DNA of 64,000 nucleotides from assembly GCA_963753345.1 (NCBI GenBank), contig CAVWBU010000021.1, forward strand, positions 160,001 through 224,000. Reading direction: 5' to 3'. The stretch comes from an uncultured Fibrobacterota bacterium (GTDB taxonomy: Bacteria; Fibrobacterota; Chitinivibrionia; Chitinivibrionales; FEN-1185). Below the pieces are notes generated by a model. It worked only from the letters and a program-made list of their open reading frames with translations, searched no databases and was not told the origin of the DNA. This document shows, in pieces, positions 20,383 through 31,279 of the stretch (position 1 is its first letter; the number at the start of each line of letters is the position of its first letter). A program made the position numbers and the translations under genes.

Positions 20383-23300
20383 GGCAGTACTCCGTATTTT
20401 TCGCGGACAATTCGCCATTGACTATTGGTGCGTTGCCAGATAATCGAATAGTGCCGACGGCTGGTGTCCGATCCCGCAATGCAGGTTCCGACGAAGGACA
20501 TCCGGTAAAAGGGCTGTGCCGCGGTGTCTGCCCACATGCTGTCCACATGAAGGTTCTGCACAAAAGGCCCTTGCTTCATTGCGGCGGTCTTTTCGGACAC
20601 CCATTCCCTGAATCCACCGGAAGGATACATGAACCGGGTCGAATCGTAAAAGGAAAAATAGCGCATGGCGTCGCCTTCGTTGAAGGCCTTTTCCCAGAGC
20701 CGCAGGCTGTCGGAAATGGCCGCGAAGAGATCCTGCGGCGTCGCGGCGGCGCCGTCGCGGGCAATGCCTTCCGCAACGGACCGTGCCGGCAGTGAAGACG
20801 AATCGGGGGGGCGGACTTTTTGGCCCGAGGCGATTTCTTCGAGCGACGAGCCCGAGCCTGATCCCGCCCGGCCTTCGGTGGAAAGATATTGGATGTCCGG
20901 TTTTTTGCCGAGATAGGAAATGGCGCGGTTGTGCAACTGAATGCCGAACAGCCTGAGGCCGGTCGGAAGAAGCGGGAGCAGCAGAAAGACCGCGAGCAGA
21001 ACCCAGAATGTTTTCTTGCGCAATAGGTGCTTTGCAAAATTGAGAGCAACGGCCGTGTAATGCGGAAACGAAAAGCGGATCGCCTCCAGGGCGTTTCTCA
21101 TTTTGAGTTCGGCGGCAAGCCCGAATTCGCGCATCGAGAATTTCCTGTCCCTGTCCTGTCCTTCTTCGTAGGCGTACTGGTAGGAATAATACCGGTAATA
21201 GCCGTAGTAGTACGGGTAATATCCGCGGGAATGGGAAATCCCGTTGAGCACCGCGCCCATAATGCTGCAGCCGATACGCTTGAGCTGGCTTTTTGCCTGC
21301 AGCGCGGCCTTGAGCGGCGTCCACAGCGCCCGCACCAGCATGATGCATGCGTCAACCTTCGGCGCCATGCTCAGGCCGTCGCTCACCGGGAGCAGGGCCG
21401 GCGAGTCGATGATGACGTAATCGGCCATGCCGCGCAGCGTTGTGACCAGTTGGTCGAACCGCGCGCTTCCGATGAGTTCCGCGGGGTTCTGCGGATGTTC
21501 GCCGGCCGTGATGACAAGGAGGTTCTCATGCACGGTTTTTTTGAGGACGCCGGCTGCGTCGCTCGCGCCCGTGAGAAAATCGGCCAGGCCGTTCTTCTTG
21601 GGAAGGTTGAACAGGGTGTGCATCTGGGCGCGTCGGAGGTCGCCGTCCACGAGGATCACTTTCTTTCCGTCAAGGGCGAACGTGATGGAGATGTTTGCTG
21701 CCAGCGTCGTTTTCCCTTCGCCCTTCACCGCGCTGCAGATGAGGAAGGTCTTTAGGTTCTGGGTTGCGGCAAGATGCTTGAGGGTCGCGCGAAGGGCGCG
21801 AAAAGGCTCCAGGATGGTTTTCCACTTTGCCGCGGAGCTGTCGATAATGCCTTTGTCCATTTCAATGAGCGGCACGATGCCGAGCAGCGGAACTTCGAGG
21901 CTGCGCTCCACCTGCTGGGGGTCCTTGATCGACTGGTCGAGAAACTCGACGAGAAAGGCGAGCACGATGCCGATGACGATGCCGATGAGCAGGTAGAGCA
22001 GCATGTTGGTGAGGCTCATGCTTGATTTTCCAGAAAGAGGAAGCGGCGCCCATTCCAGGATCTTGAGGTCGGATTCCTGGGAATCCCGCTTGATTTTTGC
22101 CTCCTCGTACCTGCTCTTGAGCAGCTTGAGTATCCCGACCGTGGATTCGGTCTCCCTGGTAAGCTGGGCGAACTGGAGCTGGACCGTGGGCAGCTTGTAG
22201 AGCTCCTGGTCGAATTCCTGGATCATTTTCCCCTGGGCGTCGTGCTTGGTCTCGGCGGCGCTTTTTTCTATGGTGAGGTTGATGAACTCCTGAAGGAGCG
22301 ACTCGCGAATGGGGTTCTTTACCAGCGTGCGCGACTCGGCCTCCTTGGTGATGTCGGTCTTGAGCGCTTCCTTGATCTTGTCGATCTGGTTCTTTATCAT
22401 CCGCACCTTGAAGTGCTCGGGGCTGTATTCTGCCGATGCGCTGTTGAGCTGGAGCTCGAGGTCGGCAAGCTTCGCCTGGAACGGGTTCGAATAGGTAAGG
22501 GACTGGATCACGTTGATGTCCTGCTGGTCTATTTCTTTCCTGATCTGGGAGAGCCGGTTCCTGTTCTCCATCATGTCAAGGTCGGTCTGCTGCAGCGCGA
22601 GTTCCATGTTGGAAAGCTTGGCAACCGTGATGTTCGTCTCCTGCGAAAGCTCCACGGTGCGGTTCTTCTCCTTGAACTCGCGGAGGGCATTTTCTTTATT
22701 GTCAACATCGAGTTCCATTTTGCCTATCTGGTCTTCCAGCTTGGTGATGAGGCTCGTGAGGTCCGAAACGTTCACGTCCCTCATGTAGTCGATGTATTCC
22801 CGGCAGATCTGGTTCACCACGTCCCGTGCGGTTTCCGGCCTGGCATTGCGAAAGACGATGTCGACGATGTCGTTCTGCGTGCCGTTGAACGAGCCGCGCG
22901 TCACCTTGAGCTCCGTCTGGATGTCATCGGTGGTGATGCCGGCGCCGAGGTCCTTGCACACGCGCTTGAGAAGGGTTTCGGACTTGAGCAGCGCGAGGTG
23001 CGTGTTGAACCGCTGCTCGTCGCGGTTAAAGGAACCCTGGGTGCTGATGTTGTCGCTCATGATGTCCTGAAAACCCGGGGAAAACAGCATCCGCGCGTGC
23101 GCGGTGTAAAGCTTCACGGCGCGCACGTATCCGACCAGGGCGAATAGCGCGGCCAGAATGGAGACAAGAATGATAATGTTCTTTCTTCTGACAAGCACGC
23201 CGACATACTGCATGATATCGAACGGCGCGCCGTCTTCGGTCGCCGTTGTTTCCGCGACGGCAGGCGCGGCCGCCAGCTTGACGCCCGGCGTCTCGAACGC

Positions 23301-23615
23301 GACCGGGGCGATTTCCGCGCGCGCAGGGGCGGGTGCGGGGCCGGTGAGCGGAGGTGGAGCCGGAGGCTGATCCAGAAAGGTTGCGGGGGGAGGTTCGGGA
23401 CCAAATCGGGGCGCCGTCTCGGTCGGCTGAGCGGCAGCGGTTTCGGGCGAACGCGGGAACATGCGCGGCCTCACCGGCGAAGGCGCGGGCACTTCCGGGG
23501 TCGCCGCAGGCTCCGGTTCGTTGGTGACGGGCTCGCCGGACGCTGCCTTGGCTTCGTTCAGCTTCTGGATAATGTCGCCCAGCAGGAATTTTCTTTTGCC
23601 CTTTTCTTTCATCAC
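20379..23615 (-). CDS. wzc: Wzc-like polysaccharide co-polymerase/tyrosine autokinase with N- and C-terminal extensions
   Basis: Two TM helices flanking a coiled coil; GEGKTT, DGDLRR and IIDSP; Tyr cluster YYPYYYGYYRYY. Confidence 0.88.
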   Translation of the reverse strand: MMKEKGKRKFLLGDIIQKLNEAKAASGEPVTNEPEPAATPEVPAPSPVRPRMFPRSPETAAAQPTETAPRFGPEPPPATFLDQPPAPPPLTGPAPAPARAEIAPVAFETPGVKLAAAPAVAETTATEDGAPFDIMQYVGVLVRRKNIIILVSILAALFALVGYVRAVKLYTAHARMLFSPGFQDIMSDNISTQGSFNRDEQRFNTHLALLKSETLLKRVCKDLGAGITTDDIQTELKVTRGSFNGTQNDIVDIVFRNARPETARDVVNQICREYIDYMRDVNVSDLTSLITKLEDQIGKMELDVDNKENALREFKEKNRTVELSQETNITVAKLSNMELALQQTDLDMMENRNRLSQIRKEIDQQDINVIQSLTYSNPFQAKLADLELQLNSASAEYSPEHFKVRMIKNQIDKIKEALKTDITKEAESRTLVKNPIRESLLQEFINLTIEKSAAETKHDAQGKMIQEFDQELYKLPTVQLQFAQLTRETESTVGILKLLKSRYEEAKIKRDSQESDLKILEWAPLPLSGKSSMSLTNMLLYLLIGIVIGIVLAFLVEFLDQSIKDPQQVERSLEVPLLGIVPLIEMDKGIIDSSAAKWKTILEPFRALRATLKHLAATQNLKTFLICSAVKGEGKTTLAANISITFALDGKKVILVDGDLRRAQMHTLFNLPKKNGLADFLTGASDAAGVLKKTVHENLLVITAGEHPQNPAELIGSARFDQLVTTLRGMADYVIIDSPALLPVSDGLSMAPKVDACIMLVRALWTPLKAALQAKSQLKRIGCSIMGAVLNGISHSRGYYPYYYGYYRYYSYQYAYEEGQDRDRKFSMREFGLAAELKMRNALEAIRFSFPHYTAVALNFAKHLLRKKTFWVLLAVFLLLPLLPTGLRLFGIQLHNRAISYLGKKPDIQYLSTEGRAGSGSGSSLEEIASGQKVRPPDSSSLPARSVAEGIARDGAAATPQDLFAAISDSLRLWEKAFNEGDAMRYFSFYDSTRFMYPSGGFREWVSEKTAAMKQGPFVQNLHVDSMWADTAAQPFYRMSFVGTCIAGSDTSRRHYSIIWQRTNSQWRIVREKYGVLP

Positions 23616-24454
23616 CCGTGCTTTCGCATGTCGTCGAGAATAAGTTCGATGTCTTCTCTGTCGATTTCCGTGAGTTCCTGGGCGAACCCGTAGTTGAGCG
23701 CGAGTTTGCAGAGGCGGTTTATTTCCCGGGGAACCCCGCCGGTGGACCTGAAAATCATTTCGAGCGCGCTGCCGGTGAATATGCCGAGATTGTCGAGCCC
23801 GGCAATCCGGAGCCGGTGCTGGACATACTTGGCCGTGTTGTTGTAATCGAGTGTGTTGAGATGGAACCGCAGGAAGATCCGCTGGTCCACCTGGCGCAGC
23901 GACCGTATCTTTTCCCGCAGCTCCGGCTGGCCCACGAAGAAAATGGTGAGGTAATTCTGGGTTTCCGACGTGATGTTGGTGAGGTTTTTCACTTCGTCAA
24001 GCACCTTATTGTCCATCTGCTGCGCTTCGTCGAAGATGAGGACCAGGTGGCGCTTCTGCTCGTACACCAGGGCTTCGAGTTGCTTCTTGAACATCGACAC
24101 GAGAAGGTATTTGTCGTCCCGCGGCGGCCGTGCCTCCGACGCGGGCCTTAAACCGCGGAACGGGGCCCGGTTGAGAATGTCGAAGAGGATGTCGAGAAAC
24201 GAGAAATCGGAGTTTTCGAACCCTATCACTTCGAAATGCTGGTTGGGCAGGGAACTTTCGAACACGCTCTTGGTGATGGTCTTGCCGCACCCGACTTCGC
24301 CCGTGAGCAGCCCCATGTTCATGTTGCGGTCGTTTACAACATACAGCATTCTGTCGAGGGCTTCCCGGTGGTCGTCGCTTTCGAAGAAAAAACGCGTATT
24401 GCAGACTTCTTCAAACGGTTTTTCCGACAGCTTCCAGAATTTCAAGTATCCCAT
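23612..24454 (-). CDS. ExeA/GspA-family AAA ATPase
   Basis: YLKFWKLSEKPF, GEVGCGKT, IFDEAQ, VGQPEL and GGVPREINRLC; start set at 24454 because the longer ORF runs through repeats. Confidence 0.9.
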   Translation of the reverse strand: MGYLKFWKLSEKPFEEVCNTRFFFESDDHREALDRMLYVVNDRNMNMGLLTGEVGCGKTITKSVFESSLPNQHFEVIGFENSDFSFLDILFDILNRAPFRGLRPASEARPPRDDKYLLVSMFKKQLEALVYEQKRHLVLIFDEAQQMDNKVLDEVKNLTNITSETQNYLTIFFVGQPELREKIRSLRQVDQRIFLRFHLNTLDYNNTAKYVQHRLRIAGLDNLGIFTGSALEMIFRSTGGVPREINRLCKLALNYGFAQELTEIDREDIELILDDMRKHG

Positions 24455-24488
24455 GATCAGATTATCCTTGTGAGAGAAAAGCGTTTGG

Positions 24489-24620
24489 TGGGGGAAGTGT
24501 CCCCCTGGCCCCAAGCCTCCTCGTCCCGCGGGACTGCGGGGTCTTGGGGCACACCCCCTCGTGGGTAGCCCCCTAGTAAGTTGATTTGCGAGAAAGAACC
24601 ACTTGCTGGGGGGCACCGAG
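24489..24620 (+). repeat. Structured repeat family A, copy 2, with a family D hairpin nested in its variable arm
   Basis: GGGGGAAGTGTCCCCCT-[gccccaag..cctcgtcccgcgggactgcgggg..cttggggc]-ACCCCCTCGTGGGTAGCCCCC-N34-GGGGGGCACC. Confidence 0.85.
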
Positions 24621-24701
24621 AAAGAGAGTTGGAAGTTGACAGTTGAACGTTGAAGGCTGGCGCAAGAAAAAACAGTTGACCGAATAGATTTCTCATGCCG
24701 C

Positions 24702-24837
24702 GCGTTAGGTGGACCGGAGGGTGAGCCAGAGCGAATTGCCGGCCGACCCTCGCCGCAGGCGACTGGGGCGGTCCGGCAACGAGGCCGAACGGCCGAGCCC
24801 GCGGGGAGACCGACCCCGCAAAGCGGGGGAACGCCCA
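24702..24837 (-). repeat. Structured repeat family C, copy 2 (136 nt)
   Basis: Minus strand reads GGGCGTT...CCTAACGC; colinear with 9305-9440 and 35858-36076. Confidence 0.75.
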
Positions 24838-24938
24838 ACTTCTTTTCTTGCGTTTTAGAAAAGTATTGCGCATGGATATTCAACCACCCGAAAGATACTT
24901 CCCTGCGGGTGCATACACCAAGAACGCGGCTTCGCGAC

Positions 24939-25640
24939 CTAGTGTTTGGAGAGCGAGTTTACGTAAATGAATATTTCAAGGGAGAGGACGATACAGGTAA
25001 GAACGGTCATGATAAGACCCCAGGGAACTTCGAGACTCTCGGGGACATACATGGCGTCGCCGGGGTACAGGATGTATTTCTTGCTGTCGCGTTTCCCTTC
25101 CGAGCCCCAGAGAATCTTGGAGTCGACGCGGAGGATTGTTCCATCGGCGCGGATGATCCGTATATTCTTCTCCTTGGACTTAATGGTCCCGCCGCACATG
25201 GCGATCGCTTTGAGCACGTCGATGGGCTCGTAGATTTGATACACGCCGGGCGAATGCACCGCGCCCATGACGTAAATCTTGTTCGCGAAATATTCTTCGA
25301 TGGAAACCGAGATGACCGGGCTGTTAACGTACGCGGACAGCTTACCCTCCATAATTTTGACAAGCTGCGCGCAGGTGAGCGACGCGACATCGATTTCGCC
25401 GATCACCGGATAATTGATCTTGCCGTCGGGACGGATCTTGTAGCGGACGGAAAACTCGGGATGTTCCACAACATTGATGCCGATGACGTCTCCGCGCTGC
25501 AGAACGTATTCTTCGGTCTGTCCGTAACAGAAGGAAAGGGCACCTAGCACAAACAGGGCGAACCACGTGCGCTTGGAAAATTGCTGCTGTTTGCCGACAG
25601 GGCATGTCCGCGACACTGGTGCTGCGCATTGAAATGGCAT
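24939..25640 (-). CDS. wza: Polysaccharide biosynthesis/export family protein (Poly_export + SLBB)
   Basis: YVLQRGDVI, IRPDGKINYPVIG, IYVMGAVHSPG and LYPGD; start approximate. Confidence 0.85.
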   Translation of the reverse strand: MPFQCAAPVSRTCPVGKQQQFSKRTWFALFVLGALSFCYGQTEEYVLQRGDVIGINVVEHPEFSVRYKIRPDGKINYPVIGEIDVASLTCAQLVKIMEGKLSAYVNSPVISVSIEEYFANKIYVMGAVHSPGVYQIYEPIDVLKAIAMCGGTIKSKEKNIRIIRADGTILRVDSKILWGSEGKRDSKKYILYPGDAMYVPESLEVPWGLIMTVLTCIVLSLEIFIYVNSLSKH

Positions 25641-25875
25641 TTCACCCTCTTGCATCCCAGTCCTGCAGTGTAAAGGAGAAGAGTGCTCCCACCGGCCGAA
25701 GAAATTGGCAGATAGCACAGATCCTCCGTTTAACGGCTCAGGCGTCAAACGGAAGAAACGAAAGTATAAATTATTTACAAGACTCAATTCAAGCGAAAAA
25801 TCGGAATTCTGCAATCGGGAGACAAAGGCAACGCCCAATTATTCAACAGGTTGCGTTTTGTTTGATAACGGCAGT

Positions 25876-26862
25876 CTATTTGCCGGCTGCCGGGGTATCG
25901 GCCGAGGAAGACGGAGAACCTCCCTGCACAGGCGACGAAAGCGCCGGCTCCGCGGGTTGTGAAAGGTTCTTTTTGATTTCGCCGGGCGAGGAAGGTGTTC
26001 CCATGCTGCCGCCGGCAGCGCCGAGAGAATCGGCCGGGACAGCCACCCGTTTCCGGGCCGGCAGCCTTCTTTTTCCCGCCAAAGGAGCAGGATTTCCGGC
26101 CGTCAGCCGCTCCGTGATGGTTTTCCCGACGGGCTTTTGCGCGGGGAGGCTGTCGCCGGCAACAGCCGGGCCGGCATGCACTGGGTGCTGGGAATCCGCC
26201 GGCGGCGCCGCGTTTTCAGATTTCACCACATGAGAATCAGGCGGATTGACAACAGGGCGCGAAGGGAAGAGCCGCCGGTTGATTGCCAAAGGCAGTTCTA
26301 CGCTGCTATGACGGCCGGCCTTCGAAACAATGACCGTCACGGAGGCGTGGGCGAATGTCATCCAGCAGTACAAAGCGGCCGCTGCCGCCGCGAGCGTGAT
26401 AAGGACCGTGGCGCCGCCTTTCAGCAGTGACCGTGTCTTGACAAAAGAGATAATCCTGCCGGCGACCGCTCCGCCGCCCGCCATCATCCTGCCGTAATTG
26501 CGCTGTAAGGCCAGGCGCACCTGCGATTCGAAATCGGACATGTCGGCCGCCGGGAACGCGTCGGGCGACGGCATGCCCTCTTTGCTTTCCCCGATGTTCA
26601 CCCCTCGCGGCAGGTGCCTTTTCATCTGGCCGTTGTACCATTCGTCAAATGAAACGTTCCCGGGTTTTCCTTTGAAAGCGCTGTGGCTCTTCTTGAAAAA
26701 CGGCACAAGAACTGTTGTTGCGTCGGCGTGACTCTTGCCCGCGTTCCTCAGGGAGACATACGCCGCACGCGCGCGGGAGCCAACAAGCGTGGCAAACGCG
26801 GTGGGATCGCCGCGCGCCGCCAGGTGGGCGAGAAGTTCCTCGGGAGTCTTGATGCCGGTCAT
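25876..26862 (-). CDS. Hypothetical membrane protein with degenerate ECF sigma region-2-like N-terminus
   Basis: EELLAHLAARGDPTAFATLV...FDEW; one TM helix; Pro-rich tail. Confidence 0.55.
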   Translation of the reverse strand: MTGIKTPEELLAHLAARGDPTAFATLVGSRARAAYVSLRNAGKSHADATTVLVPFFKKSHSAFKGKPGNVSFDEWYNGQMKRHLPRGVNIGESKEGMPSPDAFPAADMSDFESQVRLALQRNYGRMMAGGGAVAGRIISFVKTRSLLKGGATVLITLAAAAAALYCWMTFAHASVTVIVSKAGRHSSVELPLAINRRLFPSRPVVNPPDSHVVKSENAAPPADSQHPVHAGPAVAGDSLPAQKPVGKTITERLTAGNPAPLAGKRRLPARKRVAVPADSLGAAGGSMGTPSSPGEIKKNLSQPAEPALSSPVQGGSPSSSADTPAAGK

Positions 26863-26985
26863 GCAACCAAAATAAATCGTGTAGGTTCGCTTCAGCCGGT
26901 TTTCCTCTGTTGGAGCGATGGCCCAGCATGAGGTATTTTAGCAGTTGCAAACCTAGTGCACTTTTTAATGCGGGGAATTCCGTCG

Positions 26986-28105
26986 ATGCACAATCAAAAG
27001 GCACCTGTCGGCTGGAGCGATGCCGACATCGGATTCATGCAACTGGCCCTGTCTCTTGCCGATAAGGCAAAGGGCGAAACGTTTCCCAATCCTGCGGTGG
27101 GGGCCGTTGTCGTCAAGAAGGGGACCGTTGTCGGAAAAGGCGCGACCTCGCCGTACGGCGGGCCCCATGCCGAGCGCAATGCCCTGGCGCAGGCGGGCAG
27201 GAGAGCGCGTGGCGCAACAATGTATGTGACGCTCGAACCCTGCTGCCATTTCGGCAGGACCGCTCCCTGCACCACTGCGATCATCGATGCAGGCATACGC
27301 AGGGTGGTCGCGTCGGTCCGTGACCCCAACCCGCTTGTCAACGGAAAGGGCATGACCCTGCTCGCAGAAGCCGGAGCCGAGGTTTGCACCGGATTGCTTG
27401 AGCACGAGGCGCACCGGCTCAACGAAGACTTTTTCTTCTGGGTTACGCACCGGCGGCCGTGGGTGAGCGTCAAGCTCGCCCTGACGCTTGACGCCAGGAT
27501 CGCGGACGCGGCCGGCGATTCCCGCTGGATAACGTCGGTGCAATCGAGGGCGTTTGTTCACGACTTGCGGAGGAAACATGCGGCAATCGGCGTCGGCCGC
27601 ACAACGCTTGAAAAGGACGATCCGCGCCTTACCGTCCGCCACGGAAAAACCGGCAACCCGGCCCGCATCGTGTTTTCTTCAAGGGCGTCCGTTCCACCCA
27701 ACAGTTATTTTGTGAGAACTGCGGGAAAAAAGTCGCGGAGCATTCTCGTTGTGCGCGGCGGCCGAAACCGCTCGCGGCACATGCTTGACAACGGAGTGGA
27801 AGATCTGGCGCACCGCCGCAGCCGACGGGAAGGGAAGCCTTCGCGGGTTTCTGAAAACCGCGTACGAAGAGAACATTCCCTCAGTTCTCATCGAGGGCGG
27901 CGGCAGGCTTGCATCGGCCTTTGTGGAGAGCGGGCTTGCGAACAGGGTGTACCTGATGTTCGCGAACAAAATTCTGGGCGGCGGCGCGGAGGGGCTGGCA
28001 TTTGAGAGGCCGCTTGCGCTTTCCCGATGCATATACCTTGATAAAATGGAAATCTCAACATTCGGGGGCGACGTTGTGATCACCGGCGTCCCGGCGAGGA
28101 GATAG
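26986..28105 (+). CDS. ribD: Bifunctional riboflavin deaminase/reductase, one extra base near 27800
   Basis: PNPAVG, HAE, LEPCCH and KLALTLD; C-terminus (VLIEGGG) is in frame 27749..28105. Confidence 0.93.
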
Positions 28106-28108
28106 ATC

Positions 28109-28768
28109 GTGTTCACGGGGATAATCGAAACTACGGGAACGGTGCGCGAGATCCGGACCGACGGCCCGGCAATCAGGCTCGGGGTGTCGCCGGACATTGC
28201 CGGTTTTTCCGTTGCCCCCGGCGCGTCGGTCAACGTCGACGGCGCGTGCCTCACGCTGGAATCCTCGCGCGGGAATGTTTTGTATTTTACCGCGGTCCGG
28301 GAGACGCTGTCGCGCACCACGCTCGGGACCCTGCGCGTGGGCGGCTCGGTGAACCTGGAGCGCGCGCTCGCGCTTTCCGGCAGGCTCGACGGCCATTTCG
28401 TGCTCGGGCATGTTGACGCAGTGGGAACAATCGCGTCCGACACAAACGACGGGGTCGCGCTGGTGAGAACGGTGGGAATCCCCGGAGACATCGCAAGGTT
28501 CTGCGCGGAGAAAGGCTCGGTGGCGCTCGACGGCATCAGCCTCACCATCACCCGCGCCTCGGCGGCGGCAATCGACGTCTCGCTTGTGCCGTTTACCATA
28601 GAGAAAACCACCATGGCCCGCAAGCGGCCGGGCGACCGGTTGAACGTGGAGTGCGACGTGATCGCGCGCTACATTGCGAGGCTCGCCGAAGCGGGCCGGC
28701 CCGGCGCAACGGACGGCGGCGAAGCCAAGAGCACGCTGCTTGACACACTGGAGAGGTCGGGATTTTAA
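28109..28768 (+). CDS. ribE: Riboflavin synthase (alpha chain)
   Basis: [27 protein letters not shown] and DGISLT. Confidence 0.96.
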   Translation: MFTGIIETTGTVREIRTDGPAIRLGVSPDIAGFSVAPGASVNVDGACLTLESSRGNVLYFTAVRETLSRTTLGTLRVGGSVNLERALALSGRLDGHFVLGHVDAVGTIASDTNDGVALVRTVGIPGDIARFCAEKGSVALDGISLTITRASAAAIDVSLVPFTIEKTTMARKRPGDRLNVECDVIARYIARLAEAGRPGATDGGEAKSTLLDTLERSGF

Positions 28769-29982
28769 TGCCGTTTAAAAGCATAGAGGCCGCCATAGAA
28801 GACTTTAAAAACGGCGGCTTCGTCATCATCGTGGACGACGAGGACCGGGAAAACGAGGGCGACCTCGCGTTCGCGGCGCAGCTGTGCACGGCCGACAAGA
28901 TAAACTTTTTGGCAAGGTACGGCCGGGGGCTCATCTGCGTCACCATGGAAGGCAACCGGCTCGACGATCTTGGCATTCCCATGATGGTGTCGTGCAACAC
29001 CTCGCGGTTCGAGACCGCGTTCACCGACACCGTTGACGCACGCGAAGGAACCACCACCGGCATCTCCGCCGCCGACAGGTCGGTCACGGTGCTCAAGCTG
29101 GTGGACCCGGCGAGCAAGCCGTCGGATTTCGTACGTCCCGGCCACATGCTCCCGCTTCGCGCACGTGAAGGCGGCGTGCTGGTGCGCAGCGGCCAGACCG
29201 AGGCGTCGGTGGACCTCGCGCGTCTTGCGGGCCTCACGCCCGCGGGCGTGATCTGCGAGATCATGAACGAGGACGGCACCATGGCGCGCATGCCGCAGCT
29301 CAAGGAATTTTCCGCAAAGCACGGCATGAAAATAATCACGATAGCCGACCTCATCCGCTACCGCACCGCGCACGAGCGGTACGTTAAATGCACGGCGGCG
29401 GCAAAACTGCCCAGCCGCTACGGCGAGTTCGAGGTCAAGTGCTACGAAGACGCGCTCAATCAGGGTGTCCACGTAGTGCTGCAAAAAGGACCTGTGGACG
29501 CGGAATCGACGGTGCTGGTCCGGGTCCACTCGGAGTGCTTTACCGGTGATATTCTCAGATCGCTTCGGTGCGAGTGCGGCGATCAGCTGGAAAAATCCAT
29601 GGAGGAGATCGGCAAAAAGGGCGGCGTCATTCTGTACCTGCGCCAGGAAGGACGAGGCATAGGGCTTGTCAACAAGATCCGTGCTTATGCACTGCAGGAC
29701 AAGGGCCTCGACACGGTCGAGGCGAACGAGCAGCTCGGGTTCCCTGCCGACCGCAGGGACTACGGCATCGGCGCGCAGATCCTCGCGGACCTCGGCATAC
29801 GCAAGATCCGGCTCATGACGAACAACCCGAAGAAAATCGTGGGGCTTGCCGGGTACGGCATCGAGATCGTGGAGCGCGTCCCGATCGAGATTCCCCCTCG
29901 CAGGGAAAACGCAAGGTATCTCTCGACAAAAAAGGAAAAACTCGGACACCTTCTTGAAGGAGGAGCACAATGTCAACCGTAA
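28768..29982 (+). CDS. ribBA: Bifunctional DHBP synthase/GTP cyclohydrolase II
   Basis: [33 protein letters not shown] and MTNNP. Confidence 0.97.
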   Translation: MPFKSIEAAIEDFKNGGFVIIVDDEDRENEGDLAFAAQLCTADKINFLARYGRGLICVTMEGNRLDDLGIPMMVSCNTSRFETAFTDTVDAREGTTTGISAADRSVTVLKLVDPASKPSDFVRPGHMLPLRAREGGVLVRSGQTEASVDLARLAGLTPAGVICEIMNEDGTMARMPQLKEFSAKHGMKIITIADLIRYRTAHERYVKCTAAAKLPSRYGEFEVKCYEDALNQGVHVVLQKGPVDAESTVLVRVHSECFTGDILRSLRCECGDQLEKSMEEIGKKGGVILYLRQEGRGIGLVNKIRAYALQDKGLDTVEANEQLGFPADRRDYGIGAQILADLGIRKIRLMTNNPKKIVGLAGYGIEIVERVPIEIPPRRENARYLSTKKEKLGHLLEGGAQCQP

Positions 29983-30434
29983 CGGAAGGACTGCTCAACG
30001 CGTCGGGACGGCGCTTCGCTATCGTAGCGAGCAGGTTCAACGAACTCATCGGCAAGAAACTGCTCGAAGGGGCCATTGACTGCCTCCTGCGGCACAACGG
30101 AACCCAGGAAAACATTTCGGTGGTGTGGGTGCCTGGAGCTTTTGAAATCCCCATCGTGGCAAAGAAGCTGGCCAAAACGAAGAAGTTCGATGCGGTGATC
30201 TGCCTGGGCGCCGTGATCCGCGGCAACACCCCGCATTTCGACTACATCGCCGCCGAAGTCTCCAAGGGAATAGCCGCCATCAGCCTTGAGTTGGAAGTGC
30301 CGGTGATTTTCGGGGTGCTCACCACCGACACCATCGAGCAGGCGGTGGAGCGGGCGGGCACCAAGAACGGCAACAGGGGATGGGACGCGGCCCTGTCGGC
30401 CATCGAAATGGCCGATCTCCTTAAGAAACTATAG
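29970..30434 (+). CDS. ribH: 6,7-dimethyl-8-ribityllumazine synthase
   Basis: [21 protein letters not shown] and FGVLT. Confidence 0.97.
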   Translation: MSTVTEGLLNASGRRFAIVASRFNELIGKKLLEGAIDCLLRHNGTQENISVVWVPGAFEIPIVAKKLAKTKKFDAVICLGAVIRGNTPHFDYIAAEVSKGIAAISLELEVPVIFGVLTTDTIEQAVERAGTKNGNRGWDAALSAIEMADLLKKL

Positions 30435-30440
30435 GAAGTT

Positions 30441-30582
<142 letters not shown>

Positions 30583-30610
30583 TTTTTTTTCAGCACGCCG
30601 GAATGGAACC

Positions 30611-31042
30611 ATGCAATCTTCCAGAAGAAAATCGCGCGAACTTGCCCTGCAGACGCTGTACGCATGCGACGTCGGCGACACGGTTGACTTCCGCAAGGTG
30701 CTCGCCGGCATCGTTGAGGACCAGAGCGGTCTTGACGGCGCGGACGAGTACGCCGCCGGGCTCGTGGAAAAAACGCTGCTGTACCGAAACGAGATCGACG
30801 CGCTGCTGAGCTCGCATGCCGCAAACTGGGACCTCAAACGCATGACCGCCATCGACCGCAACATCCTGCGCATGGCCGTGGCCGAGCTCAGGTCGACCCC
30901 CGACGTGCCGTTCAAAGTGGTGATCGACGAGGCGGTGGAGCTCGCCAAGAGGTACGGGACCGATGATTCCGGCAAGTTTGTGAACGGCGTGATAGATTCG
31001 ATTAGAAAAGAATTGCCGGCGGATAAGAGCGAGAGCATATAG
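30611..31042 (+). CDS. nusB: Transcription antitermination factor NusB
   Basis: RRKSRELALQTLY, IDRNILR, IDEAVELAK and FVNGVID; follows ribH. Confidence 0.96.
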   Translation: MQSSRRKSRELALQTLYACDVGDTVDFRKVLAGIVEDQSGLDGADEYAAGLVEKTLLYRNEIDALLSSHAANWDLKRMTAIDRNILRMAVAELRSTPDVPFKVVIDEAVELAKRYGTDDSGKFVNGVIDSIRKELPADKSESI

Positions 31043-31061
31043 TAGTTAAAAAATGTTCAAG

Positions 31062-31215
31062 TGGGGGAAGTTTCCCCCTCGCTCCGGCCCGGCGTGCTTC
31101 ACAAGCAATCATTCCACTATTCTTCGCACGCCGGTCCTCCGCTACCCCCTCCTGGGTAGCCCCCTTGACAAAGTAGTTGCTGAACCATACGCCCGTGTGG
31201 GGGCACCCACGAAGA
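31062..31215 (+). repeat. Structured repeat family A, copy 3
   Basis: GGGGGAAGTTTCCCCCT..ccggcgtgc/gcacgccgg arm..ACCCCCTCCTGGGTAGCCCCC-N34-GGGGGCACCCAC, about 20 nt after nusB. Confidence 0.88.
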
Positions 31216-31279
31216 ACAGTTGTAAGTTGACAGTTGGTGGTTGACGGTGACAGGAACGCCCAAGTCATTTTAAAGCTAC

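Noticed and set aside
24455-24883. N-terminal extensions of ORFs 23612..24883, 9206..10027 and 55375..56115, and small ORFs such as 17588..17935, 31002..31268, 53606..53836 and 61095..61313
   Set aside because: They are translations of repeat families A, C and G; their mutual peptide similarity reflects the DNA repeats.
26863-26985. FMN riboswitch upstream of the rib operon
   Set aside because: The short divergent intergenic region lacks the conserved RFN sequence blocks.
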